Below are positions 36,896-50,029 of a stretch of DNA of 56,170 nt, piece after piece. The notes beneath the pieces are model-generated. The model did not search any database. It saw only the letters and a program-made list of their open reading frames with translations, and was not told the origin of the DNA. Both the position numbers and the translations under genes were made by a program. The stretch spans positions 22,765-78,934 of the forward strand of contig NIVC01002861.1 of the NCBI GenBank assembly GCA_002269645.1, given 5' to 3'. How positions within the stretch are numbered: position 1 is the first letter of the stretch; each line of letters opens with the position of its first letter. This DNA is from Macrostomum lignano (Eukaryota).

Positions 36896-39751
36896 AGATT
36901 TATAAGTATATAAAACAATAACAAACCTTTAAAACAATCAAACCTAAGCATAAATCCATAGTTATAAAAATAGTATAATGTGTACTAAAATAATTTTTTA
37001 GAAAAAATCAATATGCTATATATATAATATTGGGTTGTAACAAATTTTTAGCATTTTAATACTTAATTTTGAATTCATTTTTCTAGTCACTTAGTAGTAT
37101 TTTTCTAGGATAAAGTCATTATCCTAATCAGTGATCAATAAGATTATGGTGCCTTTTTAAACTCTGGTAGCCTTAGTAACAATTGAAGTATTTTTTAAGC
37201 TAGGCTTTTATCTCATCATTGCATTTGAATGTCATATCATTTAATAACTCTATACAGAATAGACTAGGTAGTAGTCTGATAGCACAAGATTAGATTAGGA
37301 AGCAAGATTAGGGAAGCATGCAGCCTGCAGACCCCAAGCCAATTGTCAATGTGGCCTGCAACCTGTAGAAGGTTGGGGACCTGACCCCTAGTTTAAGAGG
37401 AACCTATTGAGCTATTTTGTGCACTTTGCTAAGTTGATAAAAGCTATAGTTGATAGTCATGGCAAAGACCTTAAAGTACTTTGCCATTTCACATATTATA
37501 AGAGTTTAAACAAGTAGGGCCAATAGGGCTAGCACTTCCTGAAAAGGACTTTATATAGATAAACTAGCTGATCTTGCATATAGGTAGAGTTGATAGTGGT
37601 CTTTTCTAGCAGATAGTCAACTATCAAAACTCCGCAAGTATCAAACCACAGTGTGCACATGATGTTGCATATCTAAGCCAATTTCATTTGCTTTATGTAT
37701 GGCTGATAGCCTCTGGGCACTACATTGACTACTACTAAGTAAGTGGGTTAAACATCAGGAGCTATGTCTTATCTATGGTGATAAGAAGTCATTTAAATTC
37801 CTTATTATCAACTTGTTGCTACATTTGCAAGTTTTCTATAGCACACTGAACTCATTTCCTTTTTTGATCTAGGATCAACTCACATGGCACCCACTTAGTG
37901 CTTACTCTTGACCAAATGATTTCCTTGGGATATGGCTCATCAAAGCAATGGAGATGCCATAAACATTGTCAACTTCATGCACTATGGCAGATAGACAGGC
38001 AATAGATAGTAATTGACAATCTCCTTGCTGTTATTGCTTGTTGATGTGTAGAGGTGATCCAACCTTGGCATACTACTATACAACCATATCTTTATTGTAC
38101 CCTTGTGGAATGCCTTGCAATGAGCATAAACCTATGCTTGCAAATGCAATAGTGCCTGATCTCAAAGCCTAGTTTAGGTCCTGATCAATTTTGCATGGCT
38201 TCTTTCTAAGTTAGACTAGACTGGCAATAAAATGTCATTGGCCTTCCTTTGATCAAATTTGTATGTGATCTTTTGGATGCTCCATAGTCTCACTTTGTCA
38301 CTTGAAGGCACTTTGATTAATCAAGTCACTGAGCCAAACACTTACAAATAATTCTTATTGTATCTTCTAACATTTTGAATAGGCTAATTGTTTATTTTTA
38401 TATTATATCCCAGTACCAGATTTCAAGCAGAAGTCAGTAATAATGAGAGCATAGAAACTTAGACTCAAATTTAGTAAAAGCATAGCCATGTACCTATTCT
38501 AGCTCCTGTTGGTAATGGCTTTTCTTTTATATATATTGCTTGTTTTTGTCAATGCCATCACCTTTGCTAGATGCCACTCTTTGGTACTTTCAGAAGCTTT
38601 AGAAGTTTTTGGTTATTTGGCTTGACAAATTGATATATGAGTCAAGAAAGATTGGCTTATTATGTTGAGTGTACCAAATGCTATTCACCATAGATCAGGC
38701 ATGCACAATACCTGGCTCAACTTGAAAATCCAGCTAGATGACAGGGTGACCAAGGCAAGTATATTGCAAAACTAATCAACTAGGCACTTAAAATTTTTGA
38801 GGGGTACACAGGGCCAAAACTTCCAGACAATGAAATGAATGAAGCAAGAAAGACATTTCTTTAAACATAAGTAAGGGTGGAAAAAATGTTTATAAGTGAT
38901 TGAAAAACAAATAAATCAAAAGAGAGCCAAAACTTTGAATAGTTGAAGCCAAAGAAAGAAAAGATTTTAAATATATGCTAAGCAAATCTGTTAAAAAAGG
39001 CTCTCTAGATATCACTATCAGTACATTTTCATATACAATTATAAAAAAACTTTGTAAAAACTTGTGGCAGCAGCTGGGTAAAATTCAGGCTGTGTAAGAT
39101 TCAGTGTTTTTTCTAATAATATCACCTATAGTCATCTAATAATGTCAGTTTGACTAGATTTCATTTATATATAGTGTTGTTATGTTATATGCTGCAATGT
39201 TTCTACTAGAAAAATATGTGTTGAAACTAATTTACTTATTTTAAACAAATTGGCACTTGTATTCTATAGAAATTGTGCATATGTTATTCTTAATCTAATT
39301 CTGCTATAAATATAGTCTTGAATTGCTGTTGCCAGCATAAACTATTGGGTTGTTTAAAAAATTTAACAACAATTTTGGTTGTAATTGGTTGGAGCAAGTT
39401 TTCAGAGGAATGTGGGAATGACTCGGTAAAGTAATCGCCATCACAATCAAGAGGACAGGCTTTGGGTGCCATGCCTGGAGAAGTCCTTGGACTGTGATGC
39501 AAAGATCTTTGATTTGATGCAGGCCTTGACCCCTTTGTCATCTTGAAGCGTTTTCTCCTTGAGATGATGGTGCAGATGGTGCAGATGGCCAAATGCAGTG
39601 CACAGGTGTCGAGCCTATTTGACTGCTTTAATGCCTTCTAGCATGCACTACCTTAGGGCCATGCTGTTGAGTTGAAAATTTCTGGCCAAAATTAGCAAAT
39701 GACTTGGTTAGAATAACCATAACCCTGACTGTATATACATACGCAAGATTA

Positions 39752-39935
39752 CATCCGCTAGGACTCGCGAATGAAAGGTCGGGGTCCGATACACTAGGAA
39801 CAATTTGTGTCCTTGAGAAAGACAAACTGAATTTCTTCAGTTCACCCAGCTGTAAAATGGGTACCAGCATTAGCTGGGGTAATTGAGGGTGTGTTGCGAC
39901 CCCCAGCCCTTGGACTGAACAGCCGTACGCAGCCT
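39752..39935 (+). mobile_element. SINE-like relic with a CORE-type central motif
   Basis: TGTGTCCTTGAGAAAGACA...CACCCAGCTGTAAAATGGGTACC resembles the conserved central domain of metazoan tRNA-derived SINEs. Confidence 0.45.
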
Positions 39936-40220
39936 TCAGATGCGCCGCGCAATAGCTGCGGCTGAGCTGTCGGTTGCAGTACGTATCACGCAGTACTCAT
40001 AAAAGAAGAATAGGAATTAAAAATTAATAGCTATTGCAGTAATAATTTTTAGTATAAATAGATAGATACCGACAGACCATTTTAGTATATGGAAGTCCTT
40101 TAAAAAGCTTTGAACATTTTTTGGCTCTGTCGTGAATTCGCACTTGCAAACAAAACTCTGCCATCCTCCAGACTAGCAGCAACTCGGTTGTCTAGCAAAA
40201 AATTTCACTGTAATAAATAA

Positions 40221-42464
40221 ATGACGGCAGCCAGCAGCAATAGCGGCGACGATGTCAGCTGTAGCAACTGGGAACAAAATGGGGAAATCTGCCGTGGCTC
40301 CGGCTATGGCAAAGTTGTCTCTGTTGCGGCTGCTGCCGCAGCTGCCGCCGCAGCGGCCCAGCAACTGCCGTTCTGCTTTGTGCCGCCGTTCACTAGTTTA
40401 GAACAGCGGGCCAAGCTCGATTCGGCGAAACGATTTGTTACCGAGTTAAATATTCGAGCCGTGATTGCTAAACAGGTACGAATTACAGCCTTCTATTGGT
40501 GTAGGCTTTTTACATTTGGGGTTCATTGCTCTGGATGAGTCAGCTTTGCAATGGCAAGGTCTACTCAATTAGCAGGATGGGAAACCTCGTTTCTTGAAAA
40601 ATTTTAGGATGCAAGTTTTGTCCGAAAAAATACTACTGAGTTTTCATTTTTTGGCACAAAAATTGTTTATTGCTTTCGATATGAGGCAGACCCAATGTTC
40701 ATCTTTTGATACAACAACAACAACAACAAAGTGCTTCACCCGCCAGCCACGCAGTACAATTGTACATCTCCTGTGACCTGTAAACCATTACTATTTTATC
40801 ATTCTTAGCTTACTGTGTAACAATATGTGTAACAGAGATGATAAAATAGATTTATAAAACCAAAGAGTCGAGCTGTGTCACATATTTTATTACTTTTACG
40901 CACAGGGAATGTACGTAGAGTAAAAAATAACATATAGAATCCTAATGTTCTGAACGGAAAGCTTCTGAACGGAAAGCGATAACAATTTTTGTGCCGAAAA
41001 AATGAAATCTTCCTATCTCCGTAATGTATTTTTTCGGAAAAAGCTGCCTCTTTAAGTTTTCTAAGAAACGACGTCTCCCGTCCTACGTGAGTAGACCTTG
41101 GGCTATGATAGTTGAACGCCTCGTTGACGCCCTTGCCATAGAGCTGCCTATTTGTTTACTAAAGTGTCTCAGAAATTGTTTTATAACAGTTCTAATTACT
41201 TATTAAACTCTAGGCGACTCTGCAGATGCAACAGCCGCAGGCGCAGCCGCAGCAGCCGCAGGCGAAGCCGCCCAGACAGCCAATCACAATGCTCTGCCGA
41301 ATCTACGTTGGCAACATTGGCTACGATATCGACGAAGACGGCGTCCGTGTCGCTTTCTCGCCGTTCGGATCAATTAAAGCGGTGGAAATGGGCTGGGACG
41401 CTACGCGCACTAAGCACAAGGGATTTGCCTTTGTCGAATACGAACTGCCTGAGGCGGCCGCATTGGCCATTGCTGGCATGAACGGAGCACCATTGGGCAT
41501 GCGCAGCATCCGGGTCAGCCGGCCAAACAATGTCACCGACGCCTCCCAGGTTATTGACGAGATGATTAAGGAGTCCAATTTGCAGAATTGGCTCTACGTG
41601 GCCAATGTTAGACGGGATTTGAGCGAAGGCGATCTGCGTCTCGTGTTCGAGGCCTTCGGCTCCGTGCTCCAGTGCGTGCTGGCCCCCGCTACCGAGGCCG
41701 AGGCGGCTAACGGCGACAAGCACAGGGGATTCGGTTACCTGCAGTATGAGACGGTCAGTGTATCAGTGATTTGGTTCTTGGGCGAATCAGTGATTTGGTG
41801 ATTGTGTGAATCAGTGACATGGTGATTGTGTGAATCAGTGACATGGTGATTGTGCTAATCAGTGATTTGGTGATTGTGCTAATCAGTGATTTGGTGATTG
41901 TGTGAATCAGTGATATAGTGATTGCGTGAATCAGTTATATAGTACTCGAGTCTTTAGGTCTATCAGTGGTGAATTATGTTTTTATTGATTTGTTAAATCT
42001 AAATATACTAAATTAATTACTAATCATGGAGACTGAATAAATAAATGCGTATTTTTGTTTGCTTTTTTTTCGAAATAAGCAAAATTAAAACATTAATTTC
42101 TTTTCATGTCTACTTGTAGTAACATTGTAAGGTGCCTTTCAAAATCAACTAGTTTTTGTAAAAAAACCTTCAGGCCCAAGAGGCTACGGAATCGATGAAG
42201 AACATGAAAACATTCGACCTCGGCGGCCAGGTGCTTCGAGTCGGCCGGGCCGCCACCGCTCCGGAGAAATCCGTGCCCCATCTGCTGCGAGAGCCGCCGC
42301 CGCCGAAAAACAACAACGCCGACCAGAGCGAATCAAGTTCGACAACGGCGACAAATTGTCAGACTGAGGCCGAGTCTGCGGCTTGTAGTTTAAAAAGCGG
42401 AGCGGCGCAAATCTTGTCCGCGGATAACTCTGTTGCCCAGGGTAACGGAGACAGCGGCAGCTAG
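40221..42464 (+). CDS. PUF60: PUF60/half-pint-like splicing factor; exons 40221..40475, 41226..41753 and 42174..42464
   Basis: Phase-0 GT/AG junctions. RRM1 CRIYVGNIGYDIDED..FSPFGSIK..WD..KHKGFAFVEYELPEAA..RPNN and RRM2 LYVANV..DLSEGDL..VFEAFG..KHRGFGYLQY..FDLGGQVLRVGRA match PUF60 RRM1 and RRM2 closely. Confidence 0.9.
41762..41940. repeat. 24-bp tandem repeat TGATTGTGTGAATCAGTGACATGG, roughly 7 copies, just downstream of the exon-2 donor
   Basis: Directly visible. Confidence 0.9.
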
Positions 42465-42739
42465 TTGGTCTCGTGTGTGTCCCCCGCGTCTCTTTCTAAA
42501 CCCTCTGTCTCCCTTTGTCATGTCTAGTGAGAGCAGTTTTATTTTCAAAAGGTTTTTTAACTGCCAACTAGTGCGAATCCAGATCGCTAAGTTCTGATAT
42601 GTTGTTTACTCTCTGCAGATCTGACTTGGCCATAATACTCTCTTGGGATACTTCATTTCGTTTGTCGTACTTCCATATCCTAATGGACTAGTAATGGTAG
42701 ACTATTTTCTGGGAGATTTTCAGAGAGCTCCGCCATTTC

Positions 42740-43400
42740 CACCCTTCACAGATCCTCAGTTGCTGGGGGCCACCCGCCACCTTCACAGATCCTTAGTTGT
42801 TGGTGGACCACCCTCTCAAACCCTCAGTTGCTTGGCCAGACTCCCAGATCCTCAGTTGCTGGGCCACCCTCTCAAACCCTCAGTTGCTTGGCCAGCCTCC
42901 CAGATCCTCAGCTGCTGGGCCACTTGCCACCTTCACAGATCCTCAGTTGCTGGATCAGTCTCCCAGATCCTCAGTTGCTGGGCCAGCCTCCCACCCAGAT
43001 CCTCAGTTGCTGGGCCAGTCTCCCAGATCCTCAGTTGCTGGGCCAAGCCTCCCAGATCCTCAGTTGCTGGGCCAAGCCTCCCAGATCCTCAGTTGCTGGG
43101 CCAAGCCTCCCAGATCCTCAGTTGCTTGGCCAGCCTCCCAGATCCTCAGCTGCTGGGCCACTTGCCACCTTCACAGATCCTCAGTTGCTGGATCAGTCTC
43201 CCAGATCCTCAGTTGCTGGGCCAGTCTCCCAGATCCTCAGTTGCTGGGCCAGCCTCCCAGCCAGATCCTCAGTTGCTGGGCCAGTCTCCCAGATTCTCAG
43301 CTGCTGGGCCACTTGCCACCTTCCAAGATCCTCAGTTGCTGGATCAGTCTCCCAGATCCTCAGTTGCTTGGCCAGCCTCCCAGATCCTCAGTTGCTAGGC
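42740..43400. repeat. Minisatellite built on CCCAGATCCTCAGTTGCTGGGCCA, mostly ~28-bp units with longer variants
   Basis: Directly visible core repeated about 20 times. Confidence 0.95.
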
Positions 43401-44610
43401 CGTCCTCCCCAATTGCTGGGACGCCACTACTTCAGACTGCGGCGGTTTGATATAATGCTCGTAGATAAGTAATAGATATTTTAGTTAATATGCTTCATAT
43501 GTAACTGTAAATTGTATTTGTATTTAAATGATAATGAACTTCAGTTTAAAAGTAGCATTTTGTAATTAAAGTAATGATCTGGACTTTTTAGCCAGTTTTT
43601 ATGATCGAACTTGGTGTCCGAATTCCTTAACAGTAATGCCCGGGGTGCAATCGGTGTAACGCAAAACAGAATCCGAGCGCAGCTGTCTCAAGTCTTCTAC
43701 CTGGATTAGATAATATTAATTAACGCGCAGCTTCTCTCCCCAGAGTCATCTAGCTAGTATGCGTAATTGTCCCCTTACTCTGTCCCGTTATGGCGTTTCT
43801 AATTTGTAAAGTCTATGTATATCCTTATTAGTATCCTTACTAGCGTAAATTTTGTCTATTATGGCAGCCTGTTTATGCGTTCTACGCTCGTAATAATAAA
43901 CAATTTAATATGTCTCCGTATTCATAATGCGCTTAATTGCAGTTTGCGAATGATTTTTTGTGCAAAGATTAAATTAATCTAGTTTGGCTTACAATTTGGC
44001 AAGTATTTATGTACTAGAAAAATTAAAAAGGCTTTTGCGACTATGATGAACTCACATACGATCGTATGCAATTTCTTTATTATATAGCTTCATTGTTCTG
44101 TCACTAAGATTGGAACTAGTTGCTATATTCATATCTCTTTATGAATAGCCTAGCATAAATTCTCATTACATAACAGTGGCGATTCACAATCAATCAGTTC
44201 CTTATTTGTCAGTGGTAACAATGCATAGTAAACTTTGATTAAGCGAAGGCTCTCGTAAAAGGCTAGTATAGAATAAAGTTTATATATTTCCAATAAAATT
44301 GACGATTTCTTTTAACTGGTCTTCTGACTTGCTGAATGCAGCAAATGAAGCTGACAATAGCAATGTGTGTCATAGCGTGTGTCAGGACACATACATGTAG
44401 ACTTTAAATTAAGCACCTTGAATTTGGACCCGAGATGCCAAATTGGCACCCTGCCGTTTCCCAGCTGGATTTCCATTTAATTTAAGTTACCTTTTTTAAT
44501 CTGATTTAAGTTTAATGAAATTATGGCTAAAATGCTGAGCTTCGATCCCTCACCCTAACATTGTACGTAATTGGGTACAAAGCTGCAAGAATATGCAATC
44601 TGATTTTTCA

Positions 44611-45654
44611 TACTATACCTTTTTGCAAAGAGGCCAAAACTGCGATCAATTTGGCCAGGGACAGGAAAGCCATAGACATCGTGTAAAAATACTGCAACCA
44701 GTTTGGCCAAAACTGCGATCAATTTGGCCAGGGACAGGAAAGCCATAGACATCGTGTAAAAATACTGCAACCAGTTTGGCCTAAACTGCGATGATTTTGG
44801 CCAGGGACAGGAAAGCCATAGACATCGTGTAAAATACTGCAACCAGTTTGGCCTAAACTGCGATGATTTTGGCCAGGGACAGGAAAGCCATAGACATCGT
44901 GTAAAAATACTGCAACCAGTTTGGCCAAAACTGCGATCAATTTGGCCAGGGACAGGAAAGCCATAGACATCGTGTAAAAATACTGCAACCAGTTTGGCCT
45001 AAACTGCGATGATTTTGGCCAGGGACAGGAAAGCCATAGACATCGTGTAAAAATACTGCAACCAGTTTGGCCAAAACTGCGATCAATTTGGCCAGGGATA
45101 GGAAAGCCATAGACATCGTGTAAAAATACTGCAACCAGTTTGGCCTAAACTGCGATGATTTTGGCCAGGGACAGGAAAGCCATAGACATCGTGTAAAAAT
45201 ACTGCAACCAGTTTGGCCAAAACTGCGATCAATTTGGCCAGGGATAGGAAAGCCATAGACATCGTGTAAAAATACTGCAACCAGTTTGGCCTAAACTGCG
45301 ATGATTTTGGCCAGGGACAGGAAAGCCATAGACATCGTGTAAAAATACTGCAACCAGTTTGGCCTAAACTGCGATGATTTTGGCCAGGGACAGGAAAGCC
45401 ATAGACATCGTGTAAAAATACTGCAACCAGTTTGACCAAAACTGCGATCAAGTTGGCCAATGCAATTTTATTGTTGTATGTCGATCTGGGCGAACTTGAT
45501 CACAGTTTAGGCCAAATTGGTTGCAGTATTTTTACACGTCAATGGGTTTCCTCTCAGCTTAGCTGGGTGAGCGGACTCGCGAAAGCGAAAGATTTTCTAT
45601 CCCTGGCCAAATTGATCGCAGTTTTGGCCAACTAGATTGCAGAAAGCTATAGTA
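44611..45654. mobile_element. TIR element containing a 73-bp tandem array (about 11 copies, 44636..45455) and inverted unit copies at 45490..45630
   Basis: Termini TACTATACCTTTTTGCAA / TTGCAGAAAGCTATAGTA. The unit AAAACTGCGATCAATTTGGCCAGGGACAGGAAAGCCATAGACATCGTGTAAAAATACTGCAACCAGTTTGGCC recurs every 73 bp. Reverse-complement pieces of the unit sit next to the right end. Confidence 0.8.
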
Positions 45655-48190
45655 TACGATGAACATTCATTGGTTAAAAAGTCCGGCCACGCTCAATAGT
45701 CCTCGGCTCGCTTCGCTTGCCCCGACACTATTTAATGTAGTCTCTGACCACAGAGAATGGCATTTATTGTATACATATCGTAGAGGTCCCTCCCTGACTT
45801 ATCTAAACCATTTTACCTCTTGTTTTATCTATTTGCAAAAATCTCTGTCGAAATAGATGTAACTTTGTTTCTTTTGAATTTCAAATCTGCGCATGCGCGT
45901 CACTCGGGGACAGTTTTATCAACAGAGTTAAAAGCGGAGATAAAAGCAACTTCACTGAGAGCTTGCGTGTTCTTCGCTCCCGGTATAAAATTTAGGCGTA
46001 TAGGCTTTGTGGAATTCTTTGTGGTAGTGACATATGCTCTTCAACTCTTATAGAAGCAGGATTTGACTAGCTCCATGCGATACTCTCAGCTCCATGCGCG
46101 TGCCTAATGCTGATGACCGTCTATACTAAGTCTGAGTAGCTTGCCTTGAGTCTAAAGTTGAATCGTCATGAGCACTTGAACAATTAAGAAGCCTTTTTTA
46201 GTTCCTCTTCAGAGTAATTAAGCCAACCATATATTGCCACTTTCAATTTGTGTCGTCCGCAGTTTGACTGGCACTAAATTACGGGCTCAAGGCAGTGTGT
46301 GACTTTATTGCAGTGTGTGGACGACTCTCCTCAGTGTTACACTGAGGCTCTGAATTTGACATGCGGCTTACCCCCAAATGTAAGCGCTCTGCATACGTAA
46401 TTGGCAGGTGCATAGTTCTCTCGGAACAAGGCGAGCGATGTAGCGGCTTAATGACGTTCTGGAATCCGGTCTCAAGAGCCTTTTGGCTAGTTACAAGCTA
46501 AAAGTTGCCACTTGGCGATAGAATTCACATGAGCAATTAGGAATCGTATTGTCAAATTCTTTTTTTGCATTGTTAGACAGGTATGGGTTGATGAGATTAG
46601 GATAATTTTTATTGATAAAAAGTCCAGCTTTTCCTTGTAGGAATCGGTGAATGAACTTGAAAAAAATGCCGATGTGAAACTCGTTTTCTATCCGGACGCC
46701 AGAAAAAGGTTGGGAGGTTGAATCTCTGATAGCGTTCATGGAAATTCTGAAATCCATGGACTGGAAGCTATATCAAAGCGATTCTTCATAAAGGCTGAAG
46801 GAAACTGTATATTATTCCTATAGCTGTACTCGAACTTGAATATTTGTAGTATACGTTAAAAGAGTGAAAAATGCAGTTATTGATTCAATCTGCCTTCCGC
46901 CTTCGTGATGCCTCTCAGCATCCTTGCATCCTATCCTTGATGGCCTCCAAGTCTCAAAATCTGGATCCTTTGAGTACCTGCAGTCACCCTATGGAAAAAT
47001 CCATATACTAAAAATGATGTGAGAAAGATTGATTTCTTAGCCTTAAGAAGTCACTTGGAATATTATTTATTATTTGCCGGTTGCATGATAAAAATTTAAT
47101 ATGAACTTTTGACAACTCATGCCTAAATGTAGGACTGAATGGGTAATAAAATTTATATAATTGTCACTCACATAAAATGAAATGTATTTCCTCGTATTTA
47201 CCTTTAATGCATGTAGTTTTAATATAATCGTATAGCTTGAAATTGAAAGTGTGTAACACCACACGGTTCGACCTTTGAATATACTATTGTATCGTATTTC
47301 GCCTCGCTTAAACAGCTTAAAATCTTCGCTGCAAATTGAAGCCTGAGCGAAAGCTATGGGGCACGCAAGCCGCTTTCGGTAAACGCCTACTATAGCAGAA
47401 TGAATGCAAATTGACCGTCCTGGCGGGTCTCATTACACCGACGTGACCAACGCATTAAGCCTGGCAGTCACGCGTCTTGTGTCCCTCATTTGCGGCAGAG
47501 GCTGATAGTGGGAATCGTATACAATACAAGGGGAGAAAATGCAAATGGCAATTAAGAAATCAAATGTGGGACAGTTCAGCCCGACGTGTTGAGTACTGAC
47601 AGAGGTTGGGATTTAAGTCCCAGGCCCATGCCGGCCCTCGAAAGCTTCGGAATCTCCTTAGTCAGGAGAGACGAATTCATTTCCCCTTTCTCTTGGGATC
47701 TGCCGAAGCGGGCATGCACTCTTGCCCCGATCGGAGAGTATCGAATTTCGAGCATTTTTATCTCGCGAGCAGTCAGCTGCGTGAGCTCAAGTCAAATTAC
47801 CATGGAGATATTTACTATGTGCTACTTTATTGTTTTATTTTTTCAAGAAAGCTTCCATCACTTTTAATGGAATAGTGAATGTTTCGCTGTTGGAAGACCG
47901 CCAATAGTCTTTGAAGCCCTTCAACTGCTTTTAAAAGCACCTGTTACAATTCAAACTGTTGAGCCCTTCCAGTCCTAACAGTCATTTTGAAACCATTTGA
48001 TCATTTAAACTTTCGTCATCTCCCAAAGAAATCTGTGTGCAATTCTAATTTTGTCCAAATCGATATGCTTCAGTGCCGTCGATTGAGAAAATCGTGCAAG
48101 TCTACAACAATTTTGATTCTTTTACACTACAAGGCATCACTGATACATTTATTTGAAGTAGCTATGCTTTTGCTAAAAAAGCTTATCAGG

Positions 48191-48462
48191 TAGACGTATC
48201 CAGACGTGTCTATAGACCTGTAGCATTGTCTCTAGACGTGTCTCAGTGCCTCTAAACGTGCTTCAGTGTCTTTAGACGTGGGTCAGTGTTTCTAGACGTG
48301 CGTCAGTGTATCTAGACATACGTCAGTGTCTCTAGACGTGCGTCAGTGTATCTAGACATACGTCAGTGTCTCTAGACGTGCGTCAGTGTCACTAGACATA
48401 CGTCAGTGTCTCTAGACGTGCGTCAGTGTCACTAGACATACGTCAGTGTCTCTAGACGTGCG
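48191..48462. repeat. 20-bp minisatellite CGTCAGTGTCTCTAGACGTG, about 12 copies, degenerate on the left
   Basis: Directly visible; same unit as 52958..53616. Confidence 0.93.
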
Positions 48463-49003
48463 GTATTGTCCCTTGACACTTGATTTTATTTCTATTTCAA
48501 ATCTATTAATTTCTATCGATTTGTCTTCGGTATGCTGGTAACAGAAATACGAAGAGAAGTATAGGGGGGGAGCTTAGTAAATAATTAGCCTCGCTAATTA
48601 TCCCAGTTCTCGAATCCCCTGAATTCCCCACTGTGGGTAATTCATTTTGCGACAATTATCGGACGCAAATTTGCATTCGAAATTCTCTGCCAATTCTTTT
48701 CGAATTGCTTGCAGGCCAAATAAGTGAGTTAGCCGCCTAATTCGAATTCGCAGTAATGAAAGCTCATTCACCACTTCCAGTCTCACGCGTGAGCAGATTT
48801 CACGCTTCATCAATTGCTCAAGTGTAGAACGTGACTTAATTCTTTCTGCGAATACTTCTCCGCTCTTCAGCTTATATAGTGATCCCACATTCGACAGTTA
48901 GTTCCGCTGTTTGCTCCCATCTGAGCCACGTACTATAGCTTCTTAGGATACTCTTCGGTTTGACTGCTAGTTATTATATATACACATGAATATAGCTATA
49001 AGC

Positions 49004-49220
<217 letters not shown>

Positions 49221-50029
49221 GACATTATCTATGCACTCATTATACCAGGAGTATTGTCTAATTCTAGTTGAAATACTGTGGAGTTATTAGCATAAAATTT
49301 GCCATAATACAAAGTCAGACCCAGGTCCCAAAGAACACGGGAAGAGCAGGTCAGCCGGTGTCAACCCCTGGTCTAAGTACATTGGCTATATACAAACGAT
49401 GAAAATGGTGCAGACTAAAGGCAATAAGCGAATTTAGCTCAAGTTTGATGGAGAAATGCATTAAATATTGAAATTGGTTCGTCACATGACAGACTGGGCC
49501 AGTCACTCTCTCACCTAGTAGCAGCGGAGATGGCGGCTCAGGCGCCCCGCGAGGATGTTTTCGCTGGTGGGCATTCTGTGAGGATTAAGTCAAACCCTTC
49601 GGGCGAGTTTGGAGTTGTCCCAGCTAAATAGTGAGATTAAGCTGATAAAAACGCCTGCGTTAACTTTGAGTTTCCTTAATGCACTCGTGTGCCGCAGAAA
49701 GCTATTATTGACTGCAGAAGAATATACTAGCTAACCATTCGCTTATCTTGAGTACGATCTTAAGCAACTACAAACCTACTGCTCAACTATATTGGCCTGG
49801 ACTTCTCACCACAGATCGGAACTTTGCTAAGCATGACAAGTCGCCGCGTTGACTAAATTTAAAGCGTGTTTCTGGCTTATCGCTTGTTAAAGTTAATGAA
49901 CTCTAAATTCTACTATTGAACCTGCCATGGAGTTCTGCATGTGTGATGCATGTGACGAATTTTGTTAGTTTAGTTTGATGTGGCGTTGCCTTGAGCTGAC
50001 GCACCAAAAAAGATATAATTAACAATCCA

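Noticed and set aside
42643-43472. 214-251-aa Pro-rich ORFs as a PUF60 C-terminal extension
   Set aside because: All three frames are open because of the minisatellite, there is no UHM similarity, and the PUF60 frame stops before them.
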